A stretch of DNA of 40,105 nt from an uncultured Candidatus Peribacteria bacterium (GCA_964517345.1 CAZFBZ010000003.1:1-40105); one strand, 5' to 3'; shown: positions 1-7,786, numbered from the stretch's first letter. Notes: generated by a model not told the origin, from the letters alone. Program-made: numbers and translations.

Positions 1-947
1 GGCGGCTCGACGGCGTGATCCGGGCGCTTGCCCGCCTGCCACTGCGCGATACTCAGGAAACAGTCCGTGTACATGTTCCGCAGCGAGTCGTCGGCATAGA
101 AGGCGATGTGTGGCGTCACAACGACGCGGGGATGCTTCACCAGATCGCGGTTTTCCTGGAAGTTGCGCTCATGCTCCAGCACGTCGAGGAGCACGTGCGA
201 GAGGCGTCCGGCCTTGAGAGCCGCCAGGAGCGCGGAGGAATCGATGAGCGAACCGCGCGCGGTATTCACCAGCACGGCGCCTTGCTTCATCAGCGCGAGC
301 GCGGATGCATCGATCAGATGCTCCGTTTCGGGCATCGCGGGGAGGTGCAGGGTCACGATGTCGCTCTTGCCGAGCAATTCCTGCAGCGGCACGTAGCGCA
401 CGCCGAGCTGGGTCTCCAGTTCCGTGGTGCGGCATTGGTCCGTGGCGAGAATCGTCATGCCGAAGCCGTGCGCGATCCGTGCGGCCTGCCGCCCGATCTT
501 GCCCGTGCCGACGATGCCGATCGTCTTGCCCTTCAGCGCGATGCCGCGCAGTCCGTGGTAATCGAAATCCCCGCCCTTCACCCGCTCGCTGCCCAGATGG
601 ATGTGCCGGAGCTCCGAGAGCAGGAGTGCGAACACATGCTCCGCGATCACGTGCGAGCCGTAGTCCGGAACGTTGCAGACCACGATCCCGCGTTCGCGGC
701 ACGCCGCGACATCGATGTGATCATAACCAACCGACCGCGTGCAGAGCAGCTTGAGCCTGGGAAGTTTGCCGATGAGACCGCGCGGAAACGGGGTGGTGAT
801 GAACGTGGAGATCACCTCGGTATCTGCACATTGTGCGATTATCTCCGCTTCGGGCAGGTCCGCAGGAAGGAACGCCGCTCCGGGAAGGGTGGATGTGACA
901 AGCGGCTGATCGGTCTGTTCGACATCAAAGAAAGTGATGGAGGTCAT
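1..947 (-). CDS. D-isomer-specific 2-hydroxyacid dehydrogenase (D-lactate dehydrogenase-like); the 3' end runs off the left edge
   Basis: Absent from the ORF track because it has no stop codon inside the window. My translation of the reverse strand from ATG 947-945 gives MTSITFFDVEQTD...KGKTIGIVGTGKIGRQAARIAHGFGM...VNTARGSLID...LLDVLEHE...VVVTPHIAFY. That shows the GxGxxG NAD fold plus the R/E/H catalytic positions of the family. The listed + ORF 15..1025 is its antisense shadow. Confidence 0.85.
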   Translation of the reverse strand, partial: MTSITFFDVEQTDQPLVTSTLPGAAFLPADLPEAEIIAQCADTEVISTFITTPFPRGLIGKLPRLKLLCTRSVGYDHIDVAACRERGIVVCNVPDYGSHVIAEHVFALLLSELRHIHLGSERVKGGDFDYHGLRGIALKGKTIGIVGTGKIGRQAARIAHGFGMTILATDQCRTTELETQLGVRYVPLQELLGKSDIVTLHLPAMPETEHLIDASALALMKQGAVLVNTARGSLIDSSALLAALKAGRLSHVLLDVLEHERNFQENRDLVKHPRVVVTPHIAFYADDSLRNMYTDCFLSIAQWQAGKRPDHAVEP

Positions 948-954
948 GCGATAC

Positions 955-963
955 AGCATAGCA
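955..963 (-). promoter_or_regulatory. Extended -10 element (TGcTATGCT), 7 nt upstream of the dehydrogenase ATG
   Basis: The minus strand reads CTGCTATGCT-GTATCGC-ATG. It is part of the window-wide leaderless pattern. Confidence 0.4.
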
Positions 964-999
964 GCCCGGAAAAAGGCTGCCGGAAGGTACAATTGGACA

Positions 1000-1028
1000 T
1001 TGAGAAGCGTTGGTGTTTCTCATAGAAT
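1000..1028 (+). promoter_or_regulatory. Candidate sigma-70 promoter for tRNA-Tyr
   Basis: TTGAGA (1000-1005), a 17-nt spacer, then TAGAAT (1023-1028), about 45 nt upstream of the tRNA 5' end. Confidence 0.35.
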
Positions 1029-1073
1029 CAGACGGCTCCGGGCAGTCCGGGCGCGCTCTTTGCTCAGCACCGT

Positions 1074-1159
1074 GGGTCGGTACCGAAGCGGTCAAACGGG
1101 GCAGACTGTAAATCTGCTGGCTTACGCCTTCAGTGGTTCGAGTCCACTCCGGCCCACCA
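1074..1159 (+). tRNA. tRNA-Tyr (anticodon GTA), class II long variable arm, CCA encoded
   Basis: Acceptor stem GGGTCGG/CCGGCCC (one G-T pair). Anticodon stem GCAGA/TCTGC with loop CTGTAAA. Long variable arm GGCTTACGCCTTC. T arm AGTGG-TTCGAGT-CCACT. The 3' end is ACCA. The layout closely parallels E. coli tRNA-Tyr. Confidence 0.9.
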
Positions 1160-2452
1160 TCATTCATCTCCATCTTCCGGACCGTACAACTCCCGGAAAA
1201 AATCGACATCCGCAGCCTCCAGAGGCTCGTAGGATTTCTTGTGCGGATCGTACCGGAAGGTTTTGCGGTTGTACTGAACGATATACGACGCGCCCAGCTG
1301 CTGCAGCGCGCATTCCACGGTATAGGCGACAGGCATCACGTCCCACGGCGTGTGATCGTGTTTATGCAGAAAGAGCGAATCCTGCGAGTCGTCGACGTTC
1401 AGCACGCACGTCTCCCTCCCGAATACTTCTTTCGTACCCAGCGTCGCGTTCGTCCCCGACGCCCTCGCCAATTTGAGAATGACCGGATAGATATGGGAGT
1501 CGCTGTCGGACGTGGAGTTGTCCATCACGCGGGAAAAAGGACGTCCGCTCCTTCCGTAGAAGGTCGCGCCTTTCCGCGCATCGGCAAAAATGAACCGCTT
1601 CAGCGTCGCCGCGGGATCCGGATGAGAGCGGTAGCCGATGTCCTCCAGAAACGCTTCGGCATCCGGCACCTGCCGGACAAACACGTCGAACGACGGCTCG
1701 TCGGGATGATCGTGGAGCCACTCCTCGTACAGATCGAAAATCTGCAGCGTGGCCGGCGTCGGCAATTCCGATCCCGGCAACAAACGGGAATGCAGCGTGC
1801 TCATCGGGGTGCCGCGATGCCTCCGGCTCTCGCAATCGGCAAGGCGCAACAGAACATCGTCGGGAACGGGAACGTTCGTGTACTCCCCAAGAATCTGCCG
1901 CAGTCTGTCGTCGCGGTCTTTTCCGCCCAGATGACACTCTTCGATCAGATCCTGCAGATATACGACACATTGCGTCAATGCGGACGCCCGAGTGACCGGC
2001 CTCTGAACGCACAAACGCTCGATGAGAAGCGGCACGCCGAGACTGTAGCGAAAAATGTATTCCCGCTCTTCCGGCGAACATGCGGGATGCACTCCGTCGA
2101 GCCACGCGCCGATTTCTACTGCGGAGAGTCCACGAACCTTCACGGTCTGTGACGGCACACCGATGTTCTCCGCCATATCCGCGGTATTCGTCCCCGGCTG
2201 GGCCAGAATCACCACGCGCACTTTGCACTCGACGGCGTTCCGGATTTCGACGACACGATCGCGCACGCCCCGGCTCTCCACAATCAGGCCTTCCCGCTCC
2301 GACAGGGCCTGCTGCGCGATGAAGCTCTTGCCTGTACCGCTCAGGCCCTGCAGATATGCCATCTGACCGCGGTCGAGACATGTATTCAGTGCGTCTTTGG
2401 CCTGCGTCTGTGACGGAAAAAGCACTGGAAATATTTTTACCCCATTTTTCAA
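1160..2452 (-). CDS. Orphan P-loop NTPase (compact STAND/AAA_16-like N-domain) fused to a ~260-aa C-terminal domain of unknown function
   Basis: Walker A is GLSGTGKS near the N-terminus. The segment VKVRGLSAVEIGAWL...EEREYIFRYSLGVPLLIERL resembles the 'L.pLs..e...l......i...tgG.Pl.ie.l' arm of STAND/AAA_16 ATPases. I see no clear hhhhD/E Walker B. I do not recognise the C-terminal part, which contains the His cluster LHKHDHTPW. The track start at 2452 is a TTG that overlaps a TATAAT box. GTG at 2425 is the next in-frame start and is more plausible. The stop codon (1160-1162) directly abuts the tRNA CCA end. Confidence 0.7.
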   Translation of the reverse strand: MKNGVKIFPVLFPSQTQAKDALNTCLDRGQMAYLQGLSGTGKSFIAQQALSEREGLIVESRGVRDRVVEIRNAVECKVRVVILAQPGTNTADMAENIGVPSQTVKVRGLSAVEIGAWLDGVHPACSPEEREYIFRYSLGVPLLIERLCVQRPVTRASALTQCVVYLQDLIEECHLGGKDRDDRLRQILGEYTNVPVPDDVLLRLADCESRRHRGTPMSTLHSRLLPGSELPTPATLQIFDLYEEWLHDHPDEPSFDVFVRQVPDAEAFLEDIGYRSHPDPAATLKRFIFADARKGATFYGRSGRPFSRVMDNSTSDSDSHIYPVILKLARASGTNATLGTKEVFGRETCVLNVDDSQDSLFLHKHDHTPWDVMPVAYTVECALQQLGASYIVQYNRKTFRYDPHKKSYEPLEAADVDFFRELYGPEDGDE

Positions 2453-2460
2453 TTATAGCA
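2452..2460 (-). promoter_or_regulatory. Extended -10 promoter element TGcTATAAT for the P-loop gene
   Basis: The minus strand reads TTGCTATAAT, with a perfect TATAAT preceded by TGn. It sits in a locally AT-rich patch (2421-2460) of an otherwise GC-rich window. Confidence 0.45.
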
Positions 2461-2480
2461 ACTCCTGTCGGGCAGGTGAC

Positions 2481-3428
2481 TCAGCACAAAAACCTCACCG
2501 CATCCTGTTTCACTTCCACATCATACGATGTGCAGTGTTCGTCGATCGTATCGCCATCGATGTGCAGCTCATCTTTGAAGTCCGCGTCCACGGCCAGTTT
2601 TTCCGAGGCAACGTGGCTCATGCGGTCGGACTTCCAGCGGAACACGTACATGTCCGCGAACGCCTGGATCAGCCCCATGATCGTCGTGTTGTGGAACAGC
2701 AGCGCGTGCAGACCCTCGGTGCGGGCATGCAGGCCCGGCACCAGCGCGCGGGCGGGATGGCGCAGGAAGACAAGAAGGCTGTGCGCGTTGGAACTGGAAT
2801 CGTGCTGCTTGGACCCGCGCAGCCGCACGAGGCGGTGCGGGAAAGTGAACAGATAGCGCGCACCGGCCGCGACGTAGGCCCAGAATCCGATGCTCTTCTT
2901 GTTGTAGTTGTCCGCCTTGAGCGTGATCTTCGCCAGCCGTCCGAAGCAGACCGAGAGCAGGAAGACGTGACGCTTGTTGAGGATGCCAATGTCGACGGTC
3001 TTCGGCTGTGCACTCACGGCGTGGTCGAGGGCGCGGTCCAGGTTCATCGGGATGCCGAGCACGCGGGCCAGCAGGTTGGCCGAGCCGACGGGGAGAATGC
3101 CGATCGTCACCGGGAGGCCGCCGCGATAGACATGTTCCGCGACGGAACGGATCGTGCCGTCGCCACCGGCGATCAGCAGGCGATCGTTGCCTGAAGGATG
3201 CAGACGATCCGCGAGACGCAGGTGATCGATGTGCTGCCTGGACCGGTTGAACGGGATCATCTCAAAGTCCAGTCCCTTCCCGGTAAAAAACGCGTGGATG
3301 ATGGCGCGCTCGTCGCGCGACTTCCAGCCGCCCGCCCCTTCGCTGTAGACGATGAGGAAGCGTCCGCCGGTGGTCTGCACGCGTTCGTCCATGGGAATAC
3401 TCATGCTAAACCCCCTCGGGGCCGTCAT
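2481..3428 (-). CDS. Diacylglycerol-kinase-family lipid kinase (DAGK_cat, YegS/BmrU-like)
   Basis: The motifs LLIAGGDGTIRSV and ILPVGSANLLARVLG are typical of the DAGK catalytic domain. Its ATG overlaps the upstream SDR stop codon as ATGA (3425-3428), which suggests translational coupling. Confidence 0.85.
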   Translation of the reverse strand: MTAPRGFSMSIPMDERVQTTGGRFLIVYSEGAGGWKSRDERAIIHAFFTGKGLDFEMIPFNRSRQHIDHLRLADRLHPSGNDRLLIAGGDGTIRSVAEHVYRGGLPVTIGILPVGSANLLARVLGIPMNLDRALDHAVSAQPKTVDIGILNKRHVFLLSVCFGRLAKITLKADNYNKKSIGFWAYVAAGARYLFTFPHRLVRLRGSKQHDSSSNAHSLLVFLRHPARALVPGLHARTEGLHALLFHNTTIMGLIQAFADMYVFRWKSDRMSHVASEKLAVDADFKDELHIDGDTIDEHCTSYDVEVKQDAVRFLC

Positions 3429-4102
3429 TCAAGAAAATAGGCGTGAGTTCTGGCATCAAACAGCAGTCGGGATTTTTCGTCCCGCACCAGCAGCTCGATG
3501 ATCCGGGAGGAAATATCCCCGACCGAGCACATCATCTTCTTCTTGGTAGCCAGTTCCGCATCGGTGACGCCCTCGCGCGCAAGACTGGTGTCCACCGGGC
3601 CCGGGCAGAGGATTTTGACCCGGAACTGGGGGTAGGTCTTGGCAAAGACGGTGGCAAGATCCATCGCCCAGCGCTTGGTGAGGCCATAGAGCGACGGGTT
3701 CACCGGAAGGCTGAGCGCGTGACGCGAGGCCATCTGCATGACGACGGCCCCGGGGCGCAACAACGGCAGGGCGTACTTGAGCACCAGCCACGAACCCCGG
3801 ACGTTGGTTTCCATCAGGAAATCAAACTCGTCGATCGGATGTTCCAGAAGCGTCGCGCGCCGCATCACGCCGGCATTGTTGATCAGCACGTCGACGGGGC
3901 GGTCTATCTTCTTCATGGCGGCTTCAACCTGTTTTTCGCTGCGGATATCGGCCTCGAGCGACACCCATCCCGGAGTGGGTTTGATGGCCCGGCGCTCGAT
4001 GGACGTCACGGTCGCGCCGCGGGCAATCAGATCCAGGGCGAGCTGCTGCCCGATCCCGCTGGAAGCGCCGGTGATGAGCACGTGCGCGTCGCGGATCTCC
4101 AT
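3425..4102 (-). CDS. Short-chain dehydrogenase/reductase (SDR)
   Basis: Carries TGASSGIG (cofactor motif), NNAG, and the active-site Y..xK (YGLTKRW). I chose ATG 4102 (MEIRDAHVLITG...) over the track's TTG at 4141, because TACACT lies 6 nt upstream of that ATG. Confidence 0.85.
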   Translation of the reverse strand: MEIRDAHVLITGASSGIGQQLALDLIARGATVTSIERRAIKPTPGWVSLEADIRSEKQVEAAMKKIDRPVDVLINNAGVMRRATLLEHPIDEFDFLMETNVRGSWLVLKYALPLLRPGAVVMQMASRHALSLPVNPSLYGLTKRWAMDLATVFAKTYPQFRVKILCPGPVDTSLAREGVTDAELATKKKMMCSVGDISSRIIELLVRDEKSRLLFDARTHAYFLE

Positions 4103-4143
4103 GCGGCCAGTGTATGGATGAACATACCTTTCTTCCAGCAACT

Positions 4144-4152
4144 TGCTACCAT
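4144..4152 (+). promoter_or_regulatory. Extended -10 element TGcTACCAT, 6 nt upstream of GTG 4159
   Basis: The + strand reads TGCTACCAT-aggccc-GTG. The divergent partner TACACT (4109-4114, minus strand) serves the SDR gene. Confidence 0.4.
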
Positions 4153-4158
4153 AGGCCC

Positions 4159-4728
4159 GTGTCCCTGCCCAATATCCTCACGTCGGCCCGGTTCGTTCTC
4201 GCCGGCATGGGCGCCATCTGCCTGCTGGTCGTTTTCCCGCTGCATACGACGATTGCTGGGGTTTTATTCGTTTTGGCGGCGCTGACGGACTGGCTGGATG
4301 GCGTGGCTGCGCGCAGGCTCGGACAGACCTCGGAGCTGGGCGCCTTCATGGATCCGCTGGCCGATAAGCTGATCGTCCTCCTGTATTTTGCGCACTTCAC
4401 GATCCTCGGCATCTACCCCGAGTGGCTGCTGCTGGCCGTCTTTGCGCGCGATCTCCTGCATGACGGCTTCCGGAACTTCGCCGCGAGCCGCCGGATGATC
4501 GTCGGGGCGAACACCTTCAGCAAGGCCAAGACCGCGCTCCAGATGGTATCGATGATCGCGGTGCTCCTGCCCGCGGCAATCGGGGAAGTCAGCGGCGCGC
4601 CCTGGAGCCTGGTGGCGCAGTCGCACCAGATCGCCAACACGACGATGCTCGTCGGTCTCGTCTTCGGCCTGATCGGCAGCGCCATGTTTGTCCGCGATTA
4701 TCTCCGCATTCTCACGACAGCCGAATGA
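4159..4728 (+). CDS. pgsA: CDP-alcohol phosphatidyltransferase (PgsA-like phosphatidylglycerophosphate synthase)
   Basis: Carries the signature D-x2-DG-x2-AR-x8-G-x3-D-x3-D as DWLDGVAARRLGQTSELGAFMDPLADK, with multiple TM segments. The track start ATG 4114 would lie inside the divergent SDR promoter. GTG 4159 gives the typical N-terminus (V)SLPNILTSARF and has an extended -10 element 6 nt upstream. Confidence 0.85.
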   Translation: MSLPNILTSARFVLAGMGAICLLVVFPLHTTIAGVLFVLAALTDWLDGVAARRLGQTSELGAFMDPLADKLIVLLYFAHFTILGIYPEWLLLAVFARDLLHDGFRNFAASRRMIVGANTFSKAKTALQMVSMIAVLLPAAIGEVSGAPWSLVAQSHQIANTTMLVGLVFGLIGSAMFVRDYLRILTTAE

Positions 4729-5249
4729 GCCTCCTGCAGACGTTCTACGTGTTTCTGCCCGCGTTCATCGCCAACGCGACCCCGATCCTGCTCGTCAATA
4801 TCCCGATCGTCGCCCGGTACAACACTCCCGTCTGGATCGCAAAGTTCGGCAAGAACAAGACTTGGGCCGGACTCATCGGCGGAACCGTCGGCGGTATTCT
4901 CACCGGCATCGTGCAGCACTATCTCTTCGATGTCGTCCCGTTCACGGGGATCGATCACCTGCACGGCACGCTCACGTGGGCGATGCTCACGGGCGGCCTC
5001 CTCGGCAGCGGCGCGCTGATCGGCGACATCGCCAAGAGCTACGTGAAGCGCAAAATCGGCATCCGCCCGGGCGGCCCCCTCCCCTTCTGGGACGGCGTCG
5101 ACCACATCGTCGGCGCGACGATCTTCCTGGCTCCGCTCTATGTCGCCGAGCCGCTCGACATGCTCATCCTGTTCCTCGTGAGCCCCGTCATCAGCCTCGT
5201 CTCCAACACCATCTCGTACATCTTCGGCTGGAAGTCGACGTGGTGGTGA
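4725..5249 (+). CDS. CarS/DUF46-family CTP-dependent cytidylyltransferase (CDP-archaeol synthase-like integral membrane protein)
   Basis: GKNKTWAGLIGGTVGGIL, GDIAKSYVKRKIGIRPGG, FWDGVDH and the C-terminal ...SYIFGWKSTWW match, from memory, the conserved blocks of archaeal CarS (PF01864): GDGKTWRG..GG, GD...SF.KRR.G, DQ..., and Y....K.VPW. Its ATG overlaps the pgsA-like stop codon (ATGA, 4725-4728). Confidence 0.75.
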   Translation: MSLLQTFYVFLPAFIANATPILLVNIPIVARYNTPVWIAKFGKNKTWAGLIGGTVGGILTGIVQHYLFDVVPFTGIDHLHGTLTWAMLTGGLLGSGALIGDIAKSYVKRKIGIRPGGPLPFWDGVDHIVGATIFLAPLYVAEPLDMLILFLVSPVISLVSNTISYIFGWKSTWW

Positions 5250-5251
5250 AC

Positions 5252-5917
5252 ATGCGCCCCTTGCACGCCCTCATCGCTGCCGTCACAGTGGGGTCACTCC
5301 TCATCCCCTCCACCCACGCCATGAGCATCCTTCGCAAGAAAGCCAAAGCCTCCAAGACGCATCACACGTCGTCCTCGTCTTCCAAAAAAGTGGTGAAGCA
5401 CGGCAGCAAGGCTGCATGGGATGGCAAACTGCTCAAGGGTAAGCACACGGTCACGATGAAGACGACCGAGGGCACGATCGTCCTGGAACTCGATGCCGAT
5501 TCCTCGCCGCGCACGGTGACGAACTTCGTGACGCTCGCGAAGAACGGCTACTACGAGAACCTGACGTTCCACCGCGTGATCCCCGGTTTCATGATCCAGG
5601 GCGGCGACCCCACCGGCAACGGCACGGGCGGCAAGAGCATCTACGGCGAGAAGTTCGAGGACGAGATCGAGCGCGCTCCGGCCCTCTACAAAACGGGCTA
5701 CAAGGCCGGCGTCGTCGCCATGGCCAACGCGGGCCCGGACACGAACGGCAGCCAGTTCTTCATCATGGACGTCGACTATCCCCTGCCCCCGAACTACACG
5801 ATCTTCGGCAAGGTGGTATCCGGCCAGAAAGTCGTCTCCGCCATCGCCCGCGTCCCGCGCGACTTCAACGACATGCCCGAGACGCCGGTCACGTTCACGC
5901 TGAAGGTTGGGAAGTGA
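5252..5917 (+). CDS. Secreted cyclophilin-type peptidyl-prolyl cis-trans isomerase
   Basis: Carries FHRVIPGFMIQGGDP, GGKSIYG, MANAGPDTNGSQFFI and an N-terminal hydrophobic signal-like segment. The track ORF 4688..5917 is a spurious 5' extension. ATG 5252 lies 2 nt after the CarS-like stop codon. Confidence 0.9.
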   Translation: MRPLHALIAAVTVGSLLIPSTHAMSILRKKAKASKTHHTSSSSSKKVVKHGSKAAWDGKLLKGKHTVTMKTTEGTIVLELDADSSPRTVTNFVTLAKNGYYENLTFHRVIPGFMIQGGDPTGNGTGGKSIYGEKFEDEIERAPALYKTGYKAGVVAMANAGPDTNGSQFFIMDVDYPLPPNYTIFGKVVSGQKVVSAIARVPRDFNDMPETPVTFTLKVGK

Positions 5918-5928
5918 GCATACGAAAG

Positions 5929-5952
5929 AAGAAGCCGCTCGCGCGGCTTCTT
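5929..5952. terminator. Hairpin between convergent genes (possible terminator)
   Basis: AAGAAGCCGC-tcgc-GCGGCTTCTT is a perfect 10-bp stem, but no long T-run follows it. Confidence 0.4.
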
Positions 5953-6006
5953 GCTCTCTATCCCCTTCTCCTAGTCGGTCACTGGTGAAATCATTGTGGA
6001 AGCGTT

Positions 6007-6513
6007 TTATCTGCGTCCTCGGCCGTTGGACTTCATTCCGAAGTCGCGGTCGTTGTCCTCCATCTTCTCGCCTTTGAACTTCATAAAGGCATTCATCTCC
6101 ATTCGGGACTTGCCTCCCAGCAGACCCCGGCAGGCGGTTTTCAGGCTGGCATTGGCCGCGGCGGTGGCGGTCTGGTACTGGGTTGCGGCGGCCCTGAGAG
6201 CATCCATGTAGGTCTTCTCGGCATTCTTGATCGCGGTCCTGCGCTGCGTGAGGTCCGTCAGGAGCAGAGCTGCCTTGAGAGCGGCGACACGATTGGCGGC
6301 AGCCGTCTTCTGCGCGGCGTAGAGCGCGTCTTGCGCGGGAACCGTAACGGTCGCATTCGCCGTCAGCGCGGCCGAGCATGCAACCGGATCGGACGGAACG
6401 CTCGAGGCCGAGGAAGAGGACGAGCCGTTGGCAAAGGCGGTCGAACCGATCATGACAACGGATGCGAGTCCGGCCACGCCGGCAAGAACAGTCGTGCGGG
6501 TAAGCTTCTTCAT
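6007..6513 (-). CDS. Small secreted Ala-rich protein, function unknown
   Basis: MKKLTRTTVLAGVAGLASVVMIGSTAFA is a clear signal peptide. It is followed by a Ser/Ala-rich helical-looking body. The track ORF extends spuriously to 6675. The gene is preceded by an operator-like box pair (6572-6589). Confidence 0.6.
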   Translation of the reverse strand: MKKLTRTTVLAGVAGLASVVMIGSTAFANGSSSSSASSVPSDPVACSAALTANATVTVPAQDALYAAQKTAAANRVAALKAALLLTDLTQRRTAIKNAEKTYMDALRAAATQYQTATAAANASLKTACRGLLGGKSRMEMNAFMKFKGEKMEDNDRDFGMKSNGRGRR

Positions 6514-6571
6514 AGAGAATGAAGGAAAGAAACAAAACGGATCCCAACGGGACCCAGAGTAGGTGACGGAT

Positions 6572-6589
6572 ATTAAGAGCGAATTAAGA
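6572..6589 (-). promoter_or_regulatory. Tandem heptamer boxes (candidate OmpR-family response-regulator site) upstream of the secreted-protein gene
   Basis: The minus strand reads TCTTAAT-tcgc-TCTTAAT-N10-TACTCT (-10 at 6556-6561). The architecture is identical to the two sites at 8473-8543. Confidence 0.5.
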
Positions 6590-7783
6590 CAGCTTCCGCC
6601 TTGCGTTTTTGCGGAAATGTACCGTGAAAGTTGTTCCGTTTTTTGGCTTGCTCTGAACCTCAATCGACCATGCATGCAGATCCGTGATGCGTTTGACCAG
6701 CGAGAGCCCCAATCCGTAGCCCTCCTTGGAACGCGAGTCCTCCGCCTGATAGAACCGCTCGAAAATCTGGGGCAGGGCCTCGGGGGCGATGCCGATGCCG
6801 GTATCGCGCACGATGAGCGCGTCGGCCGTGAGCGTCACGGCGATCTCGCCGCCTGCGGGGGTGAACTTGATCGCGTTGCTGAGGAGATTGCCGATGATCT
6901 GCTTGAGCAGTTGCGCGTCACCGCGCACGGTGATCGCGGGAGCGACCGTCCCGGTGAGCGACACGCCTTTGTCCTTCGCCAGCGCGCGATGCCGCTCGAC
7001 AACGGTGGTGATGAGCGTCGAAAAATCGACGGGATCTTTTTTCAGCACCAGACGATCGAGGCGCGCCAGATCCAGCAGACGTTCCACCAGCGACGCCACT
7101 TCCTTCAGATCCTCTTTGGCCGACTCGATGCCCTCCTGATAATTCTTCGTCTTGAGCGCGAGATCGAGGGACGAACTGAGCGCGGCGATCGGCGTGCGCA
7201 GCTCATGGCTGGCGTCCTGCGTGAACTGCTCCAGGCGCTCGACCATCTCTTCGGCGGGCTTCAGGCTGGTCCGGGCGAACATCAGTCCCACGATGAACGT
7301 GAGCGCCGAGATCGTGAGGCTCAGCAGGAGATAGATGAGTGCGCGCAGCGGCAGCAGGGCGGTGCCGATGCGCTCCAGGTCCGCAATCTGGATGAATCCG
7401 GCACGCGTGCCGTTAAGCAGAATCGGTGTCGTGAGCACGATAAACTCCTGGTCGTTAATCGCAATGCCCTCCATGTCCTTCTCCGGATTGAACGTGAACG
7501 GGATCTCCTCAAAAAATGCGCCCGCATAGATCGTTCCTCCAAGCGGATCGACAATGCGCACGCGGTCGCGGATGACCGGCGGGAGCACGCGGGGCAGGCT
7601 GCCGGGCTGCCCGCGCATCTGTTCGAGGACGAACTGCGCCGTGGCGCGAAGGCGCATGTGTTCCTCGTGCCGCGCGTTGCTGAAATCTGCGGCAAGGAAC
7701 AGTGTCCCGTTGAGCAGCAGCAGTCCGAGCACGAACGCCGTGAACTGCAGGGCAATGCGGTAGCTGATTGTCCGGAAAATCAT
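6584..7783 (-). CDS. Sensor histidine kinase (two TM segments, HisKA + HATPase_c)
   Basis: H-box [12 protein letters not shown]-box [10 protein letters not shown], and G-boxes VRDTGIGI / GYGLGLSLV. There are two hydrophobic segments flanking a ~110-aa extracytoplasmic loop. Confidence 0.9.
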   Translation of the reverse strand: MIFRTISYRIALQFTAFVLGLLLLNGTLFLAADFSNARHEEHMRLRATAQFVLEQMRGQPGSLPRVLPPVIRDRVRIVDPLGGTIYAGAFFEEIPFTFNPEKDMEGIAINDQEFIVLTTPILLNGTRAGFIQIADLERIGTALLPLRALIYLLLSLTISALTFIVGLMFARTSLKPAEEMVERLEQFTQDASHELRTPIAALSSSLDLALKTKNYQEGIESAKEDLKEVASLVERLLDLARLDRLVLKKDPVDFSTLITTVVERHRALAKDKGVSLTGTVAPAITVRGDAQLLKQIIGNLLSNAIKFTPAGGEIAVTLTADALIVRDTGIGIAPEALPQIFERFYQAEDSRSKEGYGLGLSLVKRITDLHAWSIEVQSKPKNGTTFTVHFRKNARRKLS

Positions 7784-7786
7784 GGA

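Noticed and set aside
15-1025. A 336-aa + strand ORF at the left edge.
   Set aside because: It is Arg/Ala/His/Gly-rich and lies exactly antisense to a reverse-strand reading frame that carries clear D-2-hydroxyacid dehydrogenase motifs. It is a typical high-GC shadow ORF.
2443-2445. ATG at the ideal leaderless spacing (6 nt) after the TATAAT box of the P-loop gene.
   Set aside because: It is out of frame with the long ORF and opens only ATG-GGG-TAA. I noted it inside the P-loop finding as a possible mini-ORF or indel clue, but did not annotate it as a gene.
1074-2480. tRNA-Tyr-adjacent genomic island or integrated mobile element.
   Set aside because: I found no integrase, recombinase, transposase or phage genes. 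Reading the window, I found no direct repeat of the tRNA 3' end. Only a single orphan gene lies between the tRNA and ordinary lipid genes. I kept the orphan as a finding, but did not call a mobile element.
4114-4158. ATG 4114 as the start of the CDP-alcohol phosphatidyltransferase.
   Set aside because: It would leave only 11 bp between divergent genes and would sit on the SDR -10 hexamer (4109-4114). GTG 4159 has its own extended -10 element and yields the family-typical N-terminus. The ATG cannot be strictly excluded without data.
4688-5251. 5' extensions of track ORFs: 4688-5251 before the cyclophilin, 17930-18247 before ftsK, 18106-18435 before the NRS/ER-like gene, 33201-33452 before rsmB/F, 34062-34484 before the hydrolase, 11535-11693 before permease 2, 6514-6675, 8658-8705, 17101-17190, and 30346-30366.
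   Set aside because: The extensions overlap neighbouring genes or promoters and have junk-like composition. Each is followed by an internal start that gives a canonical N-terminus (signal peptide, lipobox, or Rossmann GxGxxG). Often a TAnnnT hexamer sits 6-9 nt upstream of that start, or there is a tight stop/start junction.
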